Below, piece after piece: positions 1 to 10,443 of a DNA stretch of 64,000 bases. The notes beneath the pieces are model-generated. The model did no database searches. It was not told where the DNA came from and saw only the letters and a program-made list of their open reading frames with translations. Source of the stretch: Vicinamibacterales bacterium (GTDB lineage: Bacteria > Acidobacteriota > Vicinamibacteria > Vicinamibacterales > UBA8438). Each line of letters starts with the position of its first letter. The stretch's first letter is position 1. Both the position numbers and the translations under genes were made by a program. The stretch covers positions 129,237-193,236 of the forward strand of contig CBDCVL010000004.1 in assembly GCA_965223015.1 (NCBI GenBank), written 5' to 3'.

Positions 1-612
1 CACCTCACCGGCCACCTGCTGGCCCAAGTTCGTTCGTTGGTCAGCCATGGTCAAGAGTACGCCGGCAATGTCCAGTTCTCGGTTGAAGCTTCCTCTGACA
101 CGCTGCAGCGTCGCCATCAGCTCGGCCACGCCCTCGAGCGCGAAGTACTCGCATGTCAAGGGAATCAACACTTCGTCCGCCGCCACGAGAGCATTGAGTG
201 TCAGGAGACCCAACGACGGCGGTGTGTCGATGAAGACGTGGTCGAAATGCTCACGCGCCGGTTCCAGAAACGGCCGCAGGCGGGTCTCGCGGTTCGGTAG
301 ATTCACGAGCTCGACCTCAGCACCAACCAGGTTTCGATCGGCAGGAATCAAGGACAGACCGCTCATGGACGTCGGCAGCACATACGAGTGGAAGTCCTCT
401 GAGGCCTGGCCCGAGATGAGAGCCTCGTAGACCGTCCTCCCCTCGACAGACTGTCCCTTGAGACCGACACCGCTCGTGAGGTTGGCTTGCGGATCGAGAT
501 CCACGAGCAGCACCGACTGGTCCGCAAGTGCAAGAGACGCAGCAAGATTAATCGCCGTGGTGGTCTTGCCGACTCCACCTTTCTGGTTGGCGATTGCAAC
601 GATTCCTTGCAT
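1..612 (-). CDS. parA: ParA/Soj partitioning ATPase, N-terminal 204 codons (C-terminus runs off the left edge)
   Basis: Absent from the ORF track because no stop lies in the window. The reverse complement from ATG at 612 reads MQGIVAIANQKGGVGKTTTAINLAASLALADQSVLLVDLDPQANLTSGVGLKGQ, which contains the deviant Walker A motif KGGVGKTT. It sits next to rsmG/mnmG and a parS-like site. Confidence 0.9.
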   Translation of the reverse strand, partial: MQGIVAIANQKGGVGKTTTAINLAASLALADQSVLLVDLDPQANLTSGVGLKGQSVEGRTVYEALISGQASEDFHSYVLPTSMSGLSLIPADRNLVGAEVELVNLPNRETRLRPFLEPAREHFDHVFIDTPPSLGLLTLNALVAADEVLIPLTCEYFALEGVAELMATLQRVRGSFNRELDIAGVLLTMADQRTNLGQQVAGEV

Positions 613-682
613 CGAATCGACTCCGGTCGGCCATGCCCGAATGGCCCCAGTACGGCCAGTGAGCCAACGAGCCAGTGGAAAT

Positions 683-738
683 GACCTACGCGACCTACAT
701 CAGGTCAATCAACCTATCATATTATCCCGTTTGACCTA
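683..738. promoter_or_regulatory. Cluster of GACCTA/AGGTCA hexamers upstream of parA (candidate operator or iteron-like array)
   Basis: GACCTA occurs at 683-688, 692-697 and 733-738. The inverted form AGGTCA is at 702-707 and a degenerate AACCTA at 711-716. Spacing is 9-10 bp, and the cluster lies between the parS-like site and the parA start. Confidence 0.3.
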
Positions 739-792
739 ACTTGCTCTGCCTCGTGGCGTATTCTACATCTGGTTGTGACGTCCGGTCAAGAC

Positions 793-806
793 GTTCCACG
801 TGGAAC
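793..806. promoter_or_regulatory. parS-like centromere site, perfect 14-bp palindrome GTTCCACGTGGAAC
   Basis: The sequence is its own reverse complement. It differs from the canonical parS core GTTTCACGTGAAAC only by a symmetric T-to-C change, and it lies about 180 bp upstream of parA. Confidence 0.7.
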
Positions 807-1359
807 ATACGATACGTCCAGATTGCTTTCAAGCGACGAGGCTGCCTAGGGACAACGACCCGACCTCAAGAACAGAACCTCGTCTTCTCCGGCGGGCACG
901 ATCCACGGCTCGTGTGTCCCAAATTTCGCCGCGCCGAGGCAATCCCTCAACGTATAAGACTACTGGAGGATACACCCGTGCTCGGCTGGCTCCATTCGAT
1001 GTCGCGCTCGGGGTCCCCTCAACGACACCAGTCCGGTCCTCTCCACTGCCACCGGAGACAAGCGCAGCCATCCGAACTTGTGGTCTACTACTGCCCTTCC
1101 TGAGCAGAGGCGACCCATGGCATGGCCCCCGATGGAAAAAGTGTGCAGGGTGCAACAGGCAGGTGGGGCTACTCGTGTCGAGCTGCCACTGGTGCAGGTA
1201 GCTAAATGAGGGCCTTGTTCAAGCCCAACAAGCCCACCGGATCGTTGGAGATCAGCAAGAAACCCGGAGGACGATCCCAGCAACCCACGGGCACCCGAAG
1301 ACCAAGGCAGGAAATGAAGAGTGTGTCCAACTGCACGTTTATTCGTCTTTTCTTCGCCA

Positions 1360-2052
1360 TTACAGGCGCTTCTCCAGGACGACCAGCCGACTTCTTAGAG
1401 ACTCCACGAGCGGATACGTCGCCACCCAAAACAACGGCGGCTCCAACGACGCAGGCACGTCCGCCGCTCCTCCACCGCGGAACAGGAACATCACGCCGCC
1501 CGGCCTCAGAAAGGCTTGCAGCCCTCTCAGTACCCGACCCTCGATCCGAACCGCGCGCAACGTCAGAACATCATGTCCTTCGTGAAGTTCCGGCCGCGCC
1601 AGCAGCGTCTCATACCGCTCTGCTTCAACCGCGACGTCTTCCAGCTCGAGCTGACGGCCGACTTCTCTGAGAAACGCCGCCTTCCGCGTCTTCGCCTCGA
1701 CCATCACTAGAGGGGAAGCCGGAGTCGCGAGCTTCATCGGGATTGCCGGCGACCCGCCTCCCGAACCGATGTCGATCAGGTGACCGTCCTTAGCGGGCAG
1801 GTGTGAGGCGGCGACAAGCGGCTCGATCAACAGTCTGTCCAACCCCGCATCGTTCTCATCAAGAGAGGTCAGATTCATCCGTTCGTTCCAGCGGCGGAGC
1901 AGATCGAGGTAGTCGTGGAGCCGGTCGACGAGGCTGTCGGGCAGCTCCAGGCCCGCTCTCTTTGCACGTTTCCGGATGCGGTCCTTCACGACCGCGCCCC
2001 TGCGTCGCATCTCTCCTGGTTCACGAAGCCGACGCCGACCGCCTCGCGCCAC
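1360..2052 (-). CDS. rsmG: 16S rRNA (guanine527-N7)-methyltransferase RsmG/GidB
   Basis: 230-aa ORF with the motifs WNERMNLTS and [14 protein letters not shown] (SAM-binding). It follows mnmG as in the conserved gid operon. The start could instead be the internal Met at 2010. Confidence 0.9.
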   Translation of the reverse strand: MARGGRRRLREPGEMRRRGAVVKDRIRKRAKRAGLELPDSLVDRLHDYLDLLRRWNERMNLTSLDENDAGLDRLLIEPLVAASHLPAKDGHLIDIGSGGGSPAIPMKLATPASPLVMVEAKTRKAAFLREVGRQLELEDVAVEAERYETLLARPELHEGHDVLTLRAVRIEGRVLRGLQAFLRPGGVMFLFRGGGAADVPASLEPPLFWVATYPLVESLRSRLVVLEKRL

Positions 2053-3880
2053 GTGTCACATAGGCTCCGATGACGGCCACGGCGGCCGGTGTTACGCCAG
2101 GAACTCTGAGGGCTTGACCGAGCGTGCGGGGATGGATCTCCGTCAGCCGCTCTACGACTTCGTTGGAAAGACCTGGGATTCCAGCATAGGAGAACCCGGC
2201 AGGGATGGCTTTGTTCTCCTGCTGTCGCCCCCTTTGAACCGCCGCCCGCTGGCGCTCAAGGTATCCAGCGTACTTGAACTCCGTCTCCACCGAGACGAGG
2301 TCAAGCTCGTACTCCCCTGCCGTTGAATCAAGCGCTACCGAGCCATTCTCAGCCAGCGCGCCCAACCGTACCTCCGGGCGGCGAAGAGCATGGGCGGCAC
2401 CAACTCGCTTGCCGCCGTCGATGGTCACCATCGTCTTTTTCACCGTCTCGATATTGCGACCGAAACGGGCGCGCCTCTTACTGAAACGGTCCCAGCGTTC
2501 GTCTCCGACAAGACCGACCTTCCTCCCAACCTCGGTAAGACGCAGATCGGCATTGTCGATCCGAAGCAGTAGCCGATGTTCGGCCCTCGAGGTAAACATC
2601 CTGTAGGGCTCGAGACACCCCTTGGTGGTCAGGTCATCAGCGAGGACACCCACATAGGCCTGATCACGGCCCAGGACCACTGCGTCCCGGCGCTGTATAC
2701 CCAGCGTCGCGTTGATGCCGGCGAGGAGCCCCTGCGCGGCCGCCTCCTCGTATCCGGAGGTTCCGTTGATCTGTCCGGCCAAGAACAGTCCCCGCGTCCG
2801 CTTCGTCTCAAGTGTCGGATACAACTCCGTTGGCTGAACGAAATCGTATTCGACCGCGTACCCGGGCCGCAGCATGACGGCCGCCTCCAGACCTGGCAAC
2901 GCATGCACGATCTCCGCCTGCACGTCATGGGGAAGACTCATGGATATTCCGTTGACGTAGGTCTCATCGACATCAAGCCCCTCCGGTTCCAGAAAGATTT
3001 GGTGTCGCGCCTTGTCAGGGAAACGCATCACCTTGTCCTCGAGGGATGGACAGTATCGAGGGCCAATGCCCTTTATTTGTCCGTTGTAGAGCGGGGAGTC
3101 CTCGATGTGTGCGCGCACCAGCCGGTGCACACGGTCGGTGGTGTGCAGGAGATGACACATGATCTGCGACTGATCGATACGATCGGTCATGAACGAGAAC
3201 GGGGTCGGCACCTTGTCACCTGGCGCCTCGTCGAACCGGCGGAAATCGATGCTGCGTCGGTCAAGCCTGGGGGGGGTTCCGGTCTTGAGACGCCCCCACC
3301 GCAGACCCAGACTCTTAAGCGACGCGGAGAGGGCACGCGACGCAGGCTCGCCGTGACGCCCAGCAGACCGCGTGTCCGGCCCGACATGAATCAATCCATT
3401 CAGGAACGTCCCTGTCGTGACGACGAGCGCGCCACAACCAAAGACGTCCTCGGCACCGTCACCATCTTCGAGCGCGAGTCCGACCACTGCCTGCTTGCGG
3501 ACCAGCGCGGAGCCGGCTCGACCGATGATCCAGTCGATGCCCGCCTCGCGTTCGAGGGCCGCCTTCACCCACACGCCGTACCGCCGTTTGTCGGCCTGAG
3601 CTCGGGGTGACCAGACCGCTGGTCCTCGACTTCTGTTCAAGAGCTTGAACTGGATCCCGGTTGCGTCGATCGCGCGGCCCATCAGGCCACCCAGCGCGTC
3701 AATCTCTCGAACAAGGTGGCCCTTGGCCGTCCCGCCAACAGCCGGGTTGCAGGGCATGTGCGCGATGGTGTCGTTCGAAAGGGTGCAGAGCCCAACGTGC
3801 AGTCCCATTCGTGCGGCGGCGTGGGCAGCTTCGCAGCCTGCGTGGCCTGCGCCGATGACAATGACATCGTAGTACGTCAT
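2021..3880 (-). CDS. mnmG: tRNA uridine-5-carboxymethylaminomethyl synthesis enzyme MnmG/GidA
   Basis: 619-aa ORF with N-terminal [16 protein letters not shown] (FAD fold), plus [15 protein letters not shown] and conserved synteny. Confidence 0.95.
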   Translation of the reverse strand: MTYYDVIVIGAGHAGCEAAHAAARMGLHVGLCTLSNDTIAHMPCNPAVGGTAKGHLVREIDALGGLMGRAIDATGIQFKLLNRSRGPAVWSPRAQADKRRYGVWVKAALEREAGIDWIIGRAGSALVRKQAVVGLALEDGDGAEDVFGCGALVVTTGTFLNGLIHVGPDTRSAGRHGEPASRALSASLKSLGLRWGRLKTGTPPRLDRRSIDFRRFDEAPGDKVPTPFSFMTDRIDQSQIMCHLLHTTDRVHRLVRAHIEDSPLYNGQIKGIGPRYCPSLEDKVMRFPDKARHQIFLEPEGLDVDETYVNGISMSLPHDVQAEIVHALPGLEAAVMLRPGYAVEYDFVQPTELYPTLETKRTRGLFLAGQINGTSGYEEAAAQGLLAGINATLGIQRRDAVVLGRDQAYVGVLADDLTTKGCLEPYRMFTSRAEHRLLLRIDNADLRLTEVGRKVGLVGDERWDRFSKRRARFGRNIETVKKTMVTIDGGKRVGAAHALRRPEVRLGALAENGSVALDSTAGEYELDLVSVETEFKYAGYLERQRAAVQRGRQQENKAIPAGFSYAGIPGLSNEVVERLTEIHPRTLGQALRVPGVTPAAVAVIGAYVTRGARRSASAS

Positions 3881-3903
3881 AAAACTCAGCCGTCCGCCGA
3901 CAA

Positions 3904-5292
3904 TTACTTCCCGATGCAGAACTCCGCGAAAATCCGGCTGAGCACATCCTCAGGCGTGCGCTTTCCCGTCACCTCTTCCAGCGCGTGCCGGGCCTCGGTC
4001 AAGTCGGCGAGCACGAGCTCCTCCGGAGATTGGGCGGCGGCTGCCGCCGCCGCACGAGCAAAGGCGGCGCGAGTACGCTGCAGCAGCTCGATGTGGCGTA
4101 GGTTGGTAATAGCCGGCGTGTCGCGCAGTTCTTCGCCACTCAGCAGCGTGTGCCTGAGAGCGTGGCGCACCCCGGCCAGCGACCCGCCATCGTCCCCCAG
4201 GAGCGACAGCCGCACAACCTGCTCGCCCTCAGACACTCCCGGCGCGCAGTTGCTAAGATCGGCCTCGCTCCACACGGGAACGAGGTCAACCTTGTTGATC
4301 ACCACGACCCGATCAGCTGAGCATGTCTCGTCGAGAAGGGTCGTGTCGTCATCATCCAGCGGTCGCGACTGATCGAGCACCAGGACCACCAGGCGTGCAA
4401 CATCGCGAGCCGCGCGCGCGCGCGCGATCCCCTCAGATTCGATGACATCGCCACCCGACCGCACGCCTGCAGTGTCCACCAACGTGATCGCGATGCCGTC
4501 CAGTTCCAGCGTCTCGGTCAGCAGGTCACGCGTGGTACCGGCTACGTCGGTGACAATCGCCCGGGCCGCGCCGAGCAACCGGTTGAAGAGCGTTGACTTC
4601 CCAACGTTCGGCTTGCCGACAATAACGACTTGAGCTCCCTCACGAACCATTCGCCCGCGATGAGCATCGGTCAGAAGCAGGTCCGTTCGTTCCACTAACC
4701 GTCCTACTTCATGGCTCACAGCGTGATGATCGACAAAGTGATACCCCTCCTCCGGAAAATCGACGGAGGCCTCCAGACGAGTGACCAAGTCGAAGAGCTG
4801 TGCCTCGATCTCCGAGATCCGGGAGGACACGGTCCCTTCCAATTGGTCGAAAGCGGCGCGAGCTTGCAGCGGCGTCACGGCCTGAATCACGTCGCCCACC
4901 GCCTCGGCCTGGACGAGATCGATCCGGTCATTGAGAAATGCGCGGAGGGTGAATTCGCCCGGCTCCGCAAGCCGAGCACCGGCAGAAACAGCCTCCTGGA
5001 CGATCTGTTGAAGCGTGACCGGGCTGCCATGGCCGCTGATCTCGACCACGTCTTCCCCAGTGTAGGAGGCCGGTCCTGGGAAGAACGTGGCGACGACCTG
5101 ATCCACCGGCTGCCGGTTCGGAGACGAGACGACCGCCGTCACCGTGGCGCGCCGCGGCTCGAGCACTCCCGGAAGCCGGAGAATGGACCGCGACACAACA
5201 GTGGCCTGGGGCCCGCTAACGCGGATGACCCCGATGCCACCACGCCCCGAGGGCGTGGAAATCGCCACGATTGTGTCGGCCGGAGAGAACAC
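3904..5292 (-). CDS. mnmE: tRNA modification GTPase MnmE/TrmE
   Basis: 462-aa ORF with the G-domain motifs [12 protein letters not shown] and DTAG, and the C-terminal CIGK tetrapeptide. Confidence 0.95.
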   Translation of the reverse strand: MFSPADTIVAISTPSGRGGIGVIRVSGPQATVVSRSILRLPGVLEPRRATVTAVVSSPNRQPVDQVVATFFPGPASYTGEDVVEISGHGSPVTLQQIVQEAVSAGARLAEPGEFTLRAFLNDRIDLVQAEAVGDVIQAVTPLQARAAFDQLEGTVSSRISEIEAQLFDLVTRLEASVDFPEEGYHFVDHHAVSHEVGRLVERTDLLLTDAHRGRMVREGAQVVIVGKPNVGKSTLFNRLLGAARAIVTDVAGTTRDLLTETLELDGIAITLVDTAGVRSGGDVIESEGIARARAARDVARLVVLVLDQSRPLDDDDTTLLDETCSADRVVVINKVDLVPVWSEADLSNCAPGVSEGEQVVRLSLLGDDGGSLAGVRHALRHTLLSGEELRDTPAITNLRHIELLQRTRAAFARAAAAAAAQSPEELVLADLTEARHALEEVTGKRTPEDVLSRIFAEFCIGK

Positions 5293-5302
5293 GGCGTCGT
5301 CG

Positions 5303-5785
5303 TCACTCTTCCGCCGTGATGACCACCGTCTTCATGAAGGCATCACCGACACTCTCGGACGATGCCGTCGGATCCTCGGCGATCGTCAAATGGACGATCC
5401 GACGGGCGTACGGATTCAGAGGACCGATCTCCTGAGGGGCACCAGTCTCACGCGCCCGTTCGGCTAGCAGTTTCGCCGTCTCCCTGAGTTCGGCATCTTT
5501 CCCTTTTCGGTAGTCCAGGCAGTCGACAACGATATGCCGTCCGGGGTGCTCGCGTCGAAACGCTGCGTTGACGACGTGCCGCAGAGCGTCCAGGCCCGCA
5601 GCCTTGCATTTGATCAACGCCTGGCAGTCCCCACCGTTGATTGCAATCCGGGTTCCGTCTTCGATCGGTTCGATTTCGACCTTGGCATCGAGCCCCATGG
5701 CCGTCGTCACCGCCTGCATAAACTCGGTCATCCGACTCTCAAGATCATTGGCCACGTCGTTCTCACCTCGCATCTGACTCGTCAC
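5303..5785 (-). CDS. jag: Jag/KhpB-type KH + R3H RNA-binding protein
   Basis: 160-aa ORF located between yidC and mnmE. It carries the C-terminal R3H-like motif LNPYARRIVHL. Confidence 0.8.
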   Translation of the reverse strand: MTSQMRGENDVANDLESRMTEFMQAVTTAMGLDAKVEIEPIEDGTRIAINGGDCQALIKCKAAGLDALRHVVNAAFRREHPGRHIVVDCLDYRKGKDAELRETAKLLAERARETGAPQEIGPLNPYARRIVHLTIAEDPTASSESVGDAFMKTVVITAEE

Positions 5786-7583
5786 CCTCCGAGGCGCCCT
5801 TCTTTGCAGCTCCCTTTTTGGTCTTCACCCGCCGCTCAGCTGGGGGGCGAACCACGTGCACCTTCGGAGGTCCGATGATCCGGTTCGTCACCACTTGCTG
5901 CCCAATGCCGAGAAGGTTGCTCGTCAGCCAGTAGACCACGAGCCCAGCCGGAGCCCAGAGGAACATGAAGGTGAACACGATCGGCATGAACATCATGATC
6001 CGCTGCTGCATCGGGTCGGCCTGCGACGGAGTCAGCCGCTGCTGAACGAGCATGGAGACCCCCATGATGACCGGCGTCACATACATCGGATCGTGAACGG
6101 ACAGGTCGGTAATCCATAGGACGAAGGGCGCGCCACGCATCTCGATCGACATCGACAGGAGGCGATAGAACGCAAACAGAACGGGCATCGTGAGCAACAT
6201 CGGCAAGCATCCGCTGACCGGGTTGACACCGCGATCACGATAGAGCGCCATGACCTCCTGGTTCATCTTCTGCTTGTCCGGATCGGTCGCCTTCAGATTC
6301 GCGTAGCGTGCCTGAATCGCCTTCATCTCGGGCTGAATCTCCGACATCTTGCGCATCGAGGTGACGCTCTTGTGGCGCAAGGGGAAGATGACGATGTTGA
6401 TCAGAAGGGTGAGGACGATGATGGCAAACCCGTAGTTCCCGACCCAGCCGTAGACCCACTTGAGCGATCGATGCAGAGGGACGACGAGTACCGACAAAAA
6501 TCCGAAGTCGATCGACCGGACGAGTGGGGCTGACGCAACCTCCAGGATGTCAAAGTCCTTTGGGCCTAGGTAGAACCTCAGGTCGGTGACGCCGCCCGGA
6601 ACCGCAATATCGAAGGCCATCAGATCGCGAGGTTCGCCATCGGGAACTAGCGACGGCAGGGGCACAGCGCGGTAGTTGATCGTCGCCTCCCGTTGCTCTG
6701 GCAGGGCGGCCGCTATGAAGTAGTGGTTGTCGACACCCAGGAAGTCGAACTGCCCACCATAGGAGGGTTGGGTCGCGACGTCCGACCTCTCGAGCCGCTC
6801 CATCCCAGGATCGGAAAGCATCGCACCGTCAAACACGCGCCCGTAGACGACGCCCCGTGGACCCTGCCGAAAGGCCAAGCCCGAGCCCTGGCTTTCCACC
6901 CCACCAAGCGCCGGGCCCCATCGCACGGTGGGCTCGAGCTGGTCGAGGCCGAGCTTCGCCTCGATCGTCACACCGACGACATACGGACTCACAGCCGGAT
7001 CGAACGTAAACACCTTCCGAATAGCCAGACCGGTAGCATCTTCGTACTCGAGCACCAGCTTTGCGCTTCGGTCGTCCAACCTGAGATTCGTACTGCTCGC
7101 CTGGAAGAGCGCTTCATGCGCAAGATACGTCAGATCTTCGTCACCTAATGAGAGCGTGAACGGCCAGGGCTCTTCCGGGGGGAGTTCACGGGGGATGAGC
7201 TCGACCGGACGGCCCTCTTCTAGGTAGTCCTTAAGCTGCCAGCTCACGAGCTCCCCGCCACGGTTGGTGAAGACGGCCCGAAACGCGTCACTTTCAACGA
7301 CGATGTCCCGAGGCGCCGTGTCACCAACGACAGGGTCGGGCGTCGGGCGCTCGATAGCCGTCACTCGGCCGATGGGCTGCGCCGTTGTTGGCGAACTTGC
7401 AGAAGGCGCGGTGCCTGTGCCGGCCGACGGGATCTCGGAACGATCAGCGAGCGTTCGGCTCGTGTTAGCATCGGATGGGGCAGGTGCGCTCGTTCCGGGT
7501 GAGGGAGGCGGAACAAATAGCGTCTGATACCCATACAGGACCAGAAACGAAAGGAAGACGGCGACGAGGACCCTTCTCTCCAT
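5763..7583 (-). CDS. yidC: Membrane protein insertase YidC
   Basis: 606-aa ORF with an N-terminal TM segment, a large periplasmic domain and a C-terminal 5-TM core (GCLPMLLTMPVLFAFY, YWLTSNLLGIGQQ). Confidence 0.95.
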   Translation of the reverse strand: MERRVLVAVFLSFLVLYGYQTLFVPPPSPGTSAPAPSDANTSRTLADRSEIPSAGTGTAPSASSPTTAQPIGRVTAIERPTPDPVVGDTAPRDIVVESDAFRAVFTNRGGELVSWQLKDYLEEGRPVELIPRELPPEEPWPFTLSLGDEDLTYLAHEALFQASSTNLRLDDRSAKLVLEYEDATGLAIRKVFTFDPAVSPYVVGVTIEAKLGLDQLEPTVRWGPALGGVESQGSGLAFRQGPRGVVYGRVFDGAMLSDPGMERLERSDVATQPSYGGQFDFLGVDNHYFIAAALPEQREATINYRAVPLPSLVPDGEPRDLMAFDIAVPGGVTDLRFYLGPKDFDILEVASAPLVRSIDFGFLSVLVVPLHRSLKWVYGWVGNYGFAIIVLTLLINIVIFPLRHKSVTSMRKMSEIQPEMKAIQARYANLKATDPDKQKMNQEVMALYRDRGVNPVSGCLPMLLTMPVLFAFYRLLSMSIEMRGAPFVLWITDLSVHDPMYVTPVIMGVSMLVQQRLTPSQADPMQQRIMMFMPIVFTFMFLWAPAGLVVYWLTSNLLGIGQQVVTNRIIGPPKVHVVRPPAERRVKTKKGAAKKGASEGDESDAR

Positions 7584-7599
7584 GCGCTCGTGGCTGGCC

Positions 7600-7914
7600 C
7601 TAGTGGGACCCTCGCAGCTTCGTCAGCTGCCGACCAGGTCCCCAGGGATCTTCCCTGGGGACCTGGTCGAGCCCCCCCTCGCAGAACGGATGGCACCGCA
7701 AGAGACGCCAAAGAGCCAGCCAGCTTCCGCGGACTGCCCCGTGTCTCAACACAGCTTCCTCGGCGTACGACGAGCAGGACGGTACAAATCGACACGACCC
7801 TGTAAATAGTTGTGAAAAAAGGGTTTTATAGATTCTTATGAGCGCGACAAGCCCCTTGGAGGGGAGCCGGGTCAGAGGGCTGAAAACGCTGCTATTGGGT
7901 GCGGGTGCGTCCAT
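7600..7914 (-). CDS. yidD: Membrane protein insertion efficiency factor YidD
   Basis: Contains CRFVPSCSSYAEEAVLRHG...RLLRCHPF. It lies between rnpA and yidC. The true start is probably downstream of 7914. Confidence 0.85.
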   Translation of the reverse strand: MDAPAPNSSVFSPLTRLPSKGLVALIRIYKTLFSQLFTGSCRFVPSCSSYAEEAVLRHGAVRGSWLALWRLLRCHPFCEGGLDQVPREDPWGPGRQLTKLRGSH

Positions 7915-8248
7915 GGCGTTTCACGGCAGATAGATAGTCTGCTTCCAGCGTGTCGAACGGGGCTTCACTGAACCCCGGCCGAGGCATCACGACGATGTCA
8001 AGACCGAGTGCACTTGTTTTCGCCTTGTTGAGACGATAGATTTCCCGAACGAGGCGTTTCGACCGATTCCTGATGACCGCGCCCCCAAGACGCCGTGTCG
8101 CAACGACTCCCAACCGGGTTACATCCAGTTCGTTCGAGAGCACGAACAGCGTCAGGTAGCGCCCCCTGATCCGAGCGCCATTTCGTTGCACCCGCAGGAA
8201 CTCCGGCCGCCGCCGAATCCGTTCTCGGCGAGTCAGGGCTCGGTCCAC
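7892..8248 (-). CDS. rnpA: RNase P protein component
   Basis: 118-aa basic ORF directly downstream of rpmH, with RLGVVATRRLGGAVIRNRSKRLVRE. Confidence 0.9.
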   Translation of the reverse strand: MDRALTRRERIRRRPEFLRVQRNGARIRGRYLTLFVLSNELDVTRLGVVATRRLGGAVIRNRSKRLVREIYRLNKAKTSALGLDIVVMPRPGFSEAPFDTLEADYLSAVKRHGRTRTQ

Positions 8249-8276
8249 TCGGATTAACTTGTCTTCTTGTAATGAC

Positions 8277-8414
8277 TTAAGAAACCGCCAGCCGCTTTCG
8301 ACCCTTCGCTCGGCGGCTCTGTAGCACGCGTCTGCCGTTCTTGGTACTCATCCGCTTCCGAAATCCATGAGTTCGCTTTCGGCGGCGGTTGTTCGGCTGG
8401 TACGTGCGCTTCAT
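8277..8414 (-). CDS. rpmH: 50S ribosomal protein L34
   Basis: Too short for the ORF track. Manual translation gives [45 protein letters not shown]. Confidence 0.95.
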   Translation of the reverse strand: MKRTYQPNNRRRKRTHGFRKRMSTKNGRRVLQSRRAKGRKRLAVS

Positions 8415-8644
8415 TGTGTCCGATCTCCTGGTACGCCGCTCGAACGGCTTGGGAACTTAGATTTAACGCGAACTTCTCATAGTATCGAAGCGGTCTCGAA
8501 GGTGTCAACGGCCGGCATGACTTCAACTCCTTTCCCGAGTTTGCGAGTGGCTTTCTGTGTCCCTCTTTTTCTGTCAATTGCCTGAGTGGGGCTGGAGGTG
8601 CTACATTCGCCGCCCTGCGCTTCCTTGGGGGCGCCTCCCAGTGG

Positions 8645-8676
8645 TTTTCCACAACTGTGGAAGAAATTGTGGAAGT
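8645..8676. promoter_or_regulatory. Three DnaA-box-like sites upstream of dnaA
   Basis: TTTTCCACA lies at 8645-8653. On the other strand, TCTTCCACA is at 8656-8664 and ACTTCCACA at 8668-8676. All three share the TTCCACA core, compared with the consensus TTATCCACA. Confidence 0.6.
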
Positions 8677-8840
8677 TTCAGGGTTTCGCCCCAAACTGGC
8701 CCGGAATCAGCAGTAAAACCGGTATTGTTCCCGGTGAAAGCGTGGCGAAAAGTCCAAAGATTTGTTCAATATCTGGGGCCGGTTCGGCGGCTCCGACGGG
8801 CTGCCACAGGCGAAGATCGTCAGGTTCCGGTAGGTAATTA

Positions 8841-10172
8841 ATGGCAACAAATGTGTGGTCTGACATCCTCACCCGTGTGGAAACGAAGGTTAATCGCCAC
8901 AGTTTCTACACCTGGTTCAAACCGACGACCTTTGTCGAAGATTCCGGCCAGTTGCTCACGATTCGTGTCCCCAACGTGCTGTTTCGCGATTGGCTCACGA
9001 AACACTACGCCGGGGTGATCGATGAGGCTATTGTTGAGCTTGGGAGGAAAGGCCTCGAGCTCTCGTTTGCGACTACCAATGAAGCCGGCACGATTCCGAA
9101 GCCCTCATCTTCGGCTCCCGCTCCAACCGAGCCCGCCAAGCCAGGGCCTCGTCCGCAGGGGTTGAACCCAAGGTATTCCTTTGACACTTTCGTTGTCGGG
9201 TCTTCCAACCAATTTGCACACGCTGCCTCACTGGCCGTCGCTGAGGCACCGTCACGGTCTTACAATCCACTTTTTCTGTACGGTGGGGTGGGACTCGGTA
9301 AGACGCACCTGATGCACGCCATCGGGCAATATTTACTCGATCACAATCCGACCCTCAAGCTCACCTACATCTCATCCGAGCGTTTCATGAATGAGATGAT
9401 CAACGCCGTCCGGTACGACAGGATTCTCGAGTTTCGTGAGCGATATCGAACCATCGACGTTTTGCTTGTGGACGATATTCAATTCCTCGCCGGCAAGGAA
9501 GGAACCCAGACCGAGTTCTTTCATACCTTTAACTCTCTCCACGATGCACAGAAGCAAATCGTTATCAGTAGCGACTGCCAACCAAACGAGATTCCTTCCC
9601 TCGAAGAACGGCTGAGATCACGGTTTAAGTGGGGTCTCATCGCCGACATCCAACCACCTGATCTTGAAACCAAGGTCGCTATCCTCAAGAAAAAGGCAGA
9701 AGCCGAAGGTGTGCCACTCGCCGATCCGGTCGCCCTGTACATTGCTGGCAGAATCCGCTCCAACGTCCGTGAACTCGAGGGATCTCTCATCCGGCTCATC
9801 GCGTATGCCTCTCTCACAGGAACCAAAATATCTCTTTCACTTGCGCAGGATTTACTCCGCGACCTCTTAGAACCGGGGGACCAAACTGTCACGATCGAGA
9901 TGGTGCAAAGATTCGTCGCAAACTACTACCAGCTACGAATCTCTGAGCTTAAGTCACGAAATAGCTCAAGAAATATTACTCTTCCTCGTCAGATCGCCAT
10001 GTTTCTTTCGAAGTCACTTACGAGTCACTCGCTTCCACAGATCGGGAAGAGCTTCGGAGGTAAACATCATTCCACGGTTATCCATTCGATAAAAAAGATC
10101 GAGAAACTCTGTAAGAGTGATCGAGATTTCCACACATTGATTAAGAACTTTCTACAGTCTTTTAACTCATAG
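8841..10172 (+). CDS. dnaA: Chromosomal replication initiator DnaA
   Basis: 443-aa ORF with the AAA+ Walker A motif GGVGLGKTHL, then LLVDDIQFLAGKE, and C-terminal HSTVIHS in the DNA-binding domain. Confidence 0.97.
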   Translation: MATNVWSDILTRVETKVNRHSFYTWFKPTTFVEDSGQLLTIRVPNVLFRDWLTKHYAGVIDEAIVELGRKGLELSFATTNEAGTIPKPSSSAPAPTEPAKPGPRPQGLNPRYSFDTFVVGSSNQFAHAASLAVAEAPSRSYNPLFLYGGVGLGKTHLMHAIGQYLLDHNPTLKLTYISSERFMNEMINAVRYDRILEFRERYRTIDVLLVDDIQFLAGKEGTQTEFFHTFNSLHDAQKQIVISSDCQPNEIPSLEERLRSRFKWGLIADIQPPDLETKVAILKKKAEAEGVPLADPVALYIAGRIRSNVRELEGSLIRLIAYASLTGTKISLSLAQDLLRDLLEPGDQTVTIEMVQRFVANYYQLRISELKSRNSSRNITLPRQIAMFLSKSLTSHSLPQIGKSFGGKHHSTVIHSIKKIEKLCKSDRDFHTLIKNFLQSFNS

Positions 10173-10443
10173 AAACACCGGTTGATCCACTCCAATCCAC
10201 AGCCTTCCTCTCAAACAGCCTGTATTGAGCTGTGTAATATTCCTCACTGAGGAGACTCACCATCCATGCGCAGAAATATCAACTAATTAGAAAAACGTTA
10301 ACTTATTGATAAATATAGTAATTATAATACGTTTTGGGCTTCCTAACAGACCTTCTCTTCTGTTATAAATTAATCAGTTTTATACGTACATGCATAACGC
10401 ATAATCGTTCCGTTCTGACCCCCTCAGTCGAGGTCATCACCAC
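10173..10443. other. dnaA-dnaN intergenic oriC candidate: DnaA boxes plus an AT-rich DNA-unwinding region
   Basis: TTGATCCAC lies at 10182-10190 and CAATCCACA at 10193-10201, with ATTTCCACA at 10126-10134 just inside the dnaA 3' end. About 10290-10400 is very AT-rich (for example ttattgataaatatagtaattataat) in an otherwise GC-rich genome. Confidence 0.6.

Noticed and set aside
1146-1310. Cobalamin-riboswitch-like strings (GGTGCAACAGG, GCCACTGG, CCCGAAGACCAAGGCAGG) on the plus strand
   Set aside because: The B12-box match is interrupted, the upstream GGUGAAAAUCC-type elements are missing, and no plus-strand gene lies downstream to be regulated.
810-1356. RNase P RNA, tmRNA or SRP RNA in the rsmG-parA gap
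   Set aside because: I searched both strands by eye for GAGGAAAGUCC, the tmRNA 5' GGGG..UUCGAC with a 3' tRNA-like end, and GGUCCGGAAGGAAGCAGC. None is present.
2576-3610. 344-aa ORF on the plus strand
   Set aside because: It is antisense to mnmG and is the same type of high-GC artefact.
10290-10330. TATAAT-containing promoter for dnaN in the AT-rich region
   Set aside because: The TATAAT at about 10317 has no acceptable -35 at 16-18 nt, and chance matches are expected in such AT-rich DNA. The region is better explained as the unwinding element.
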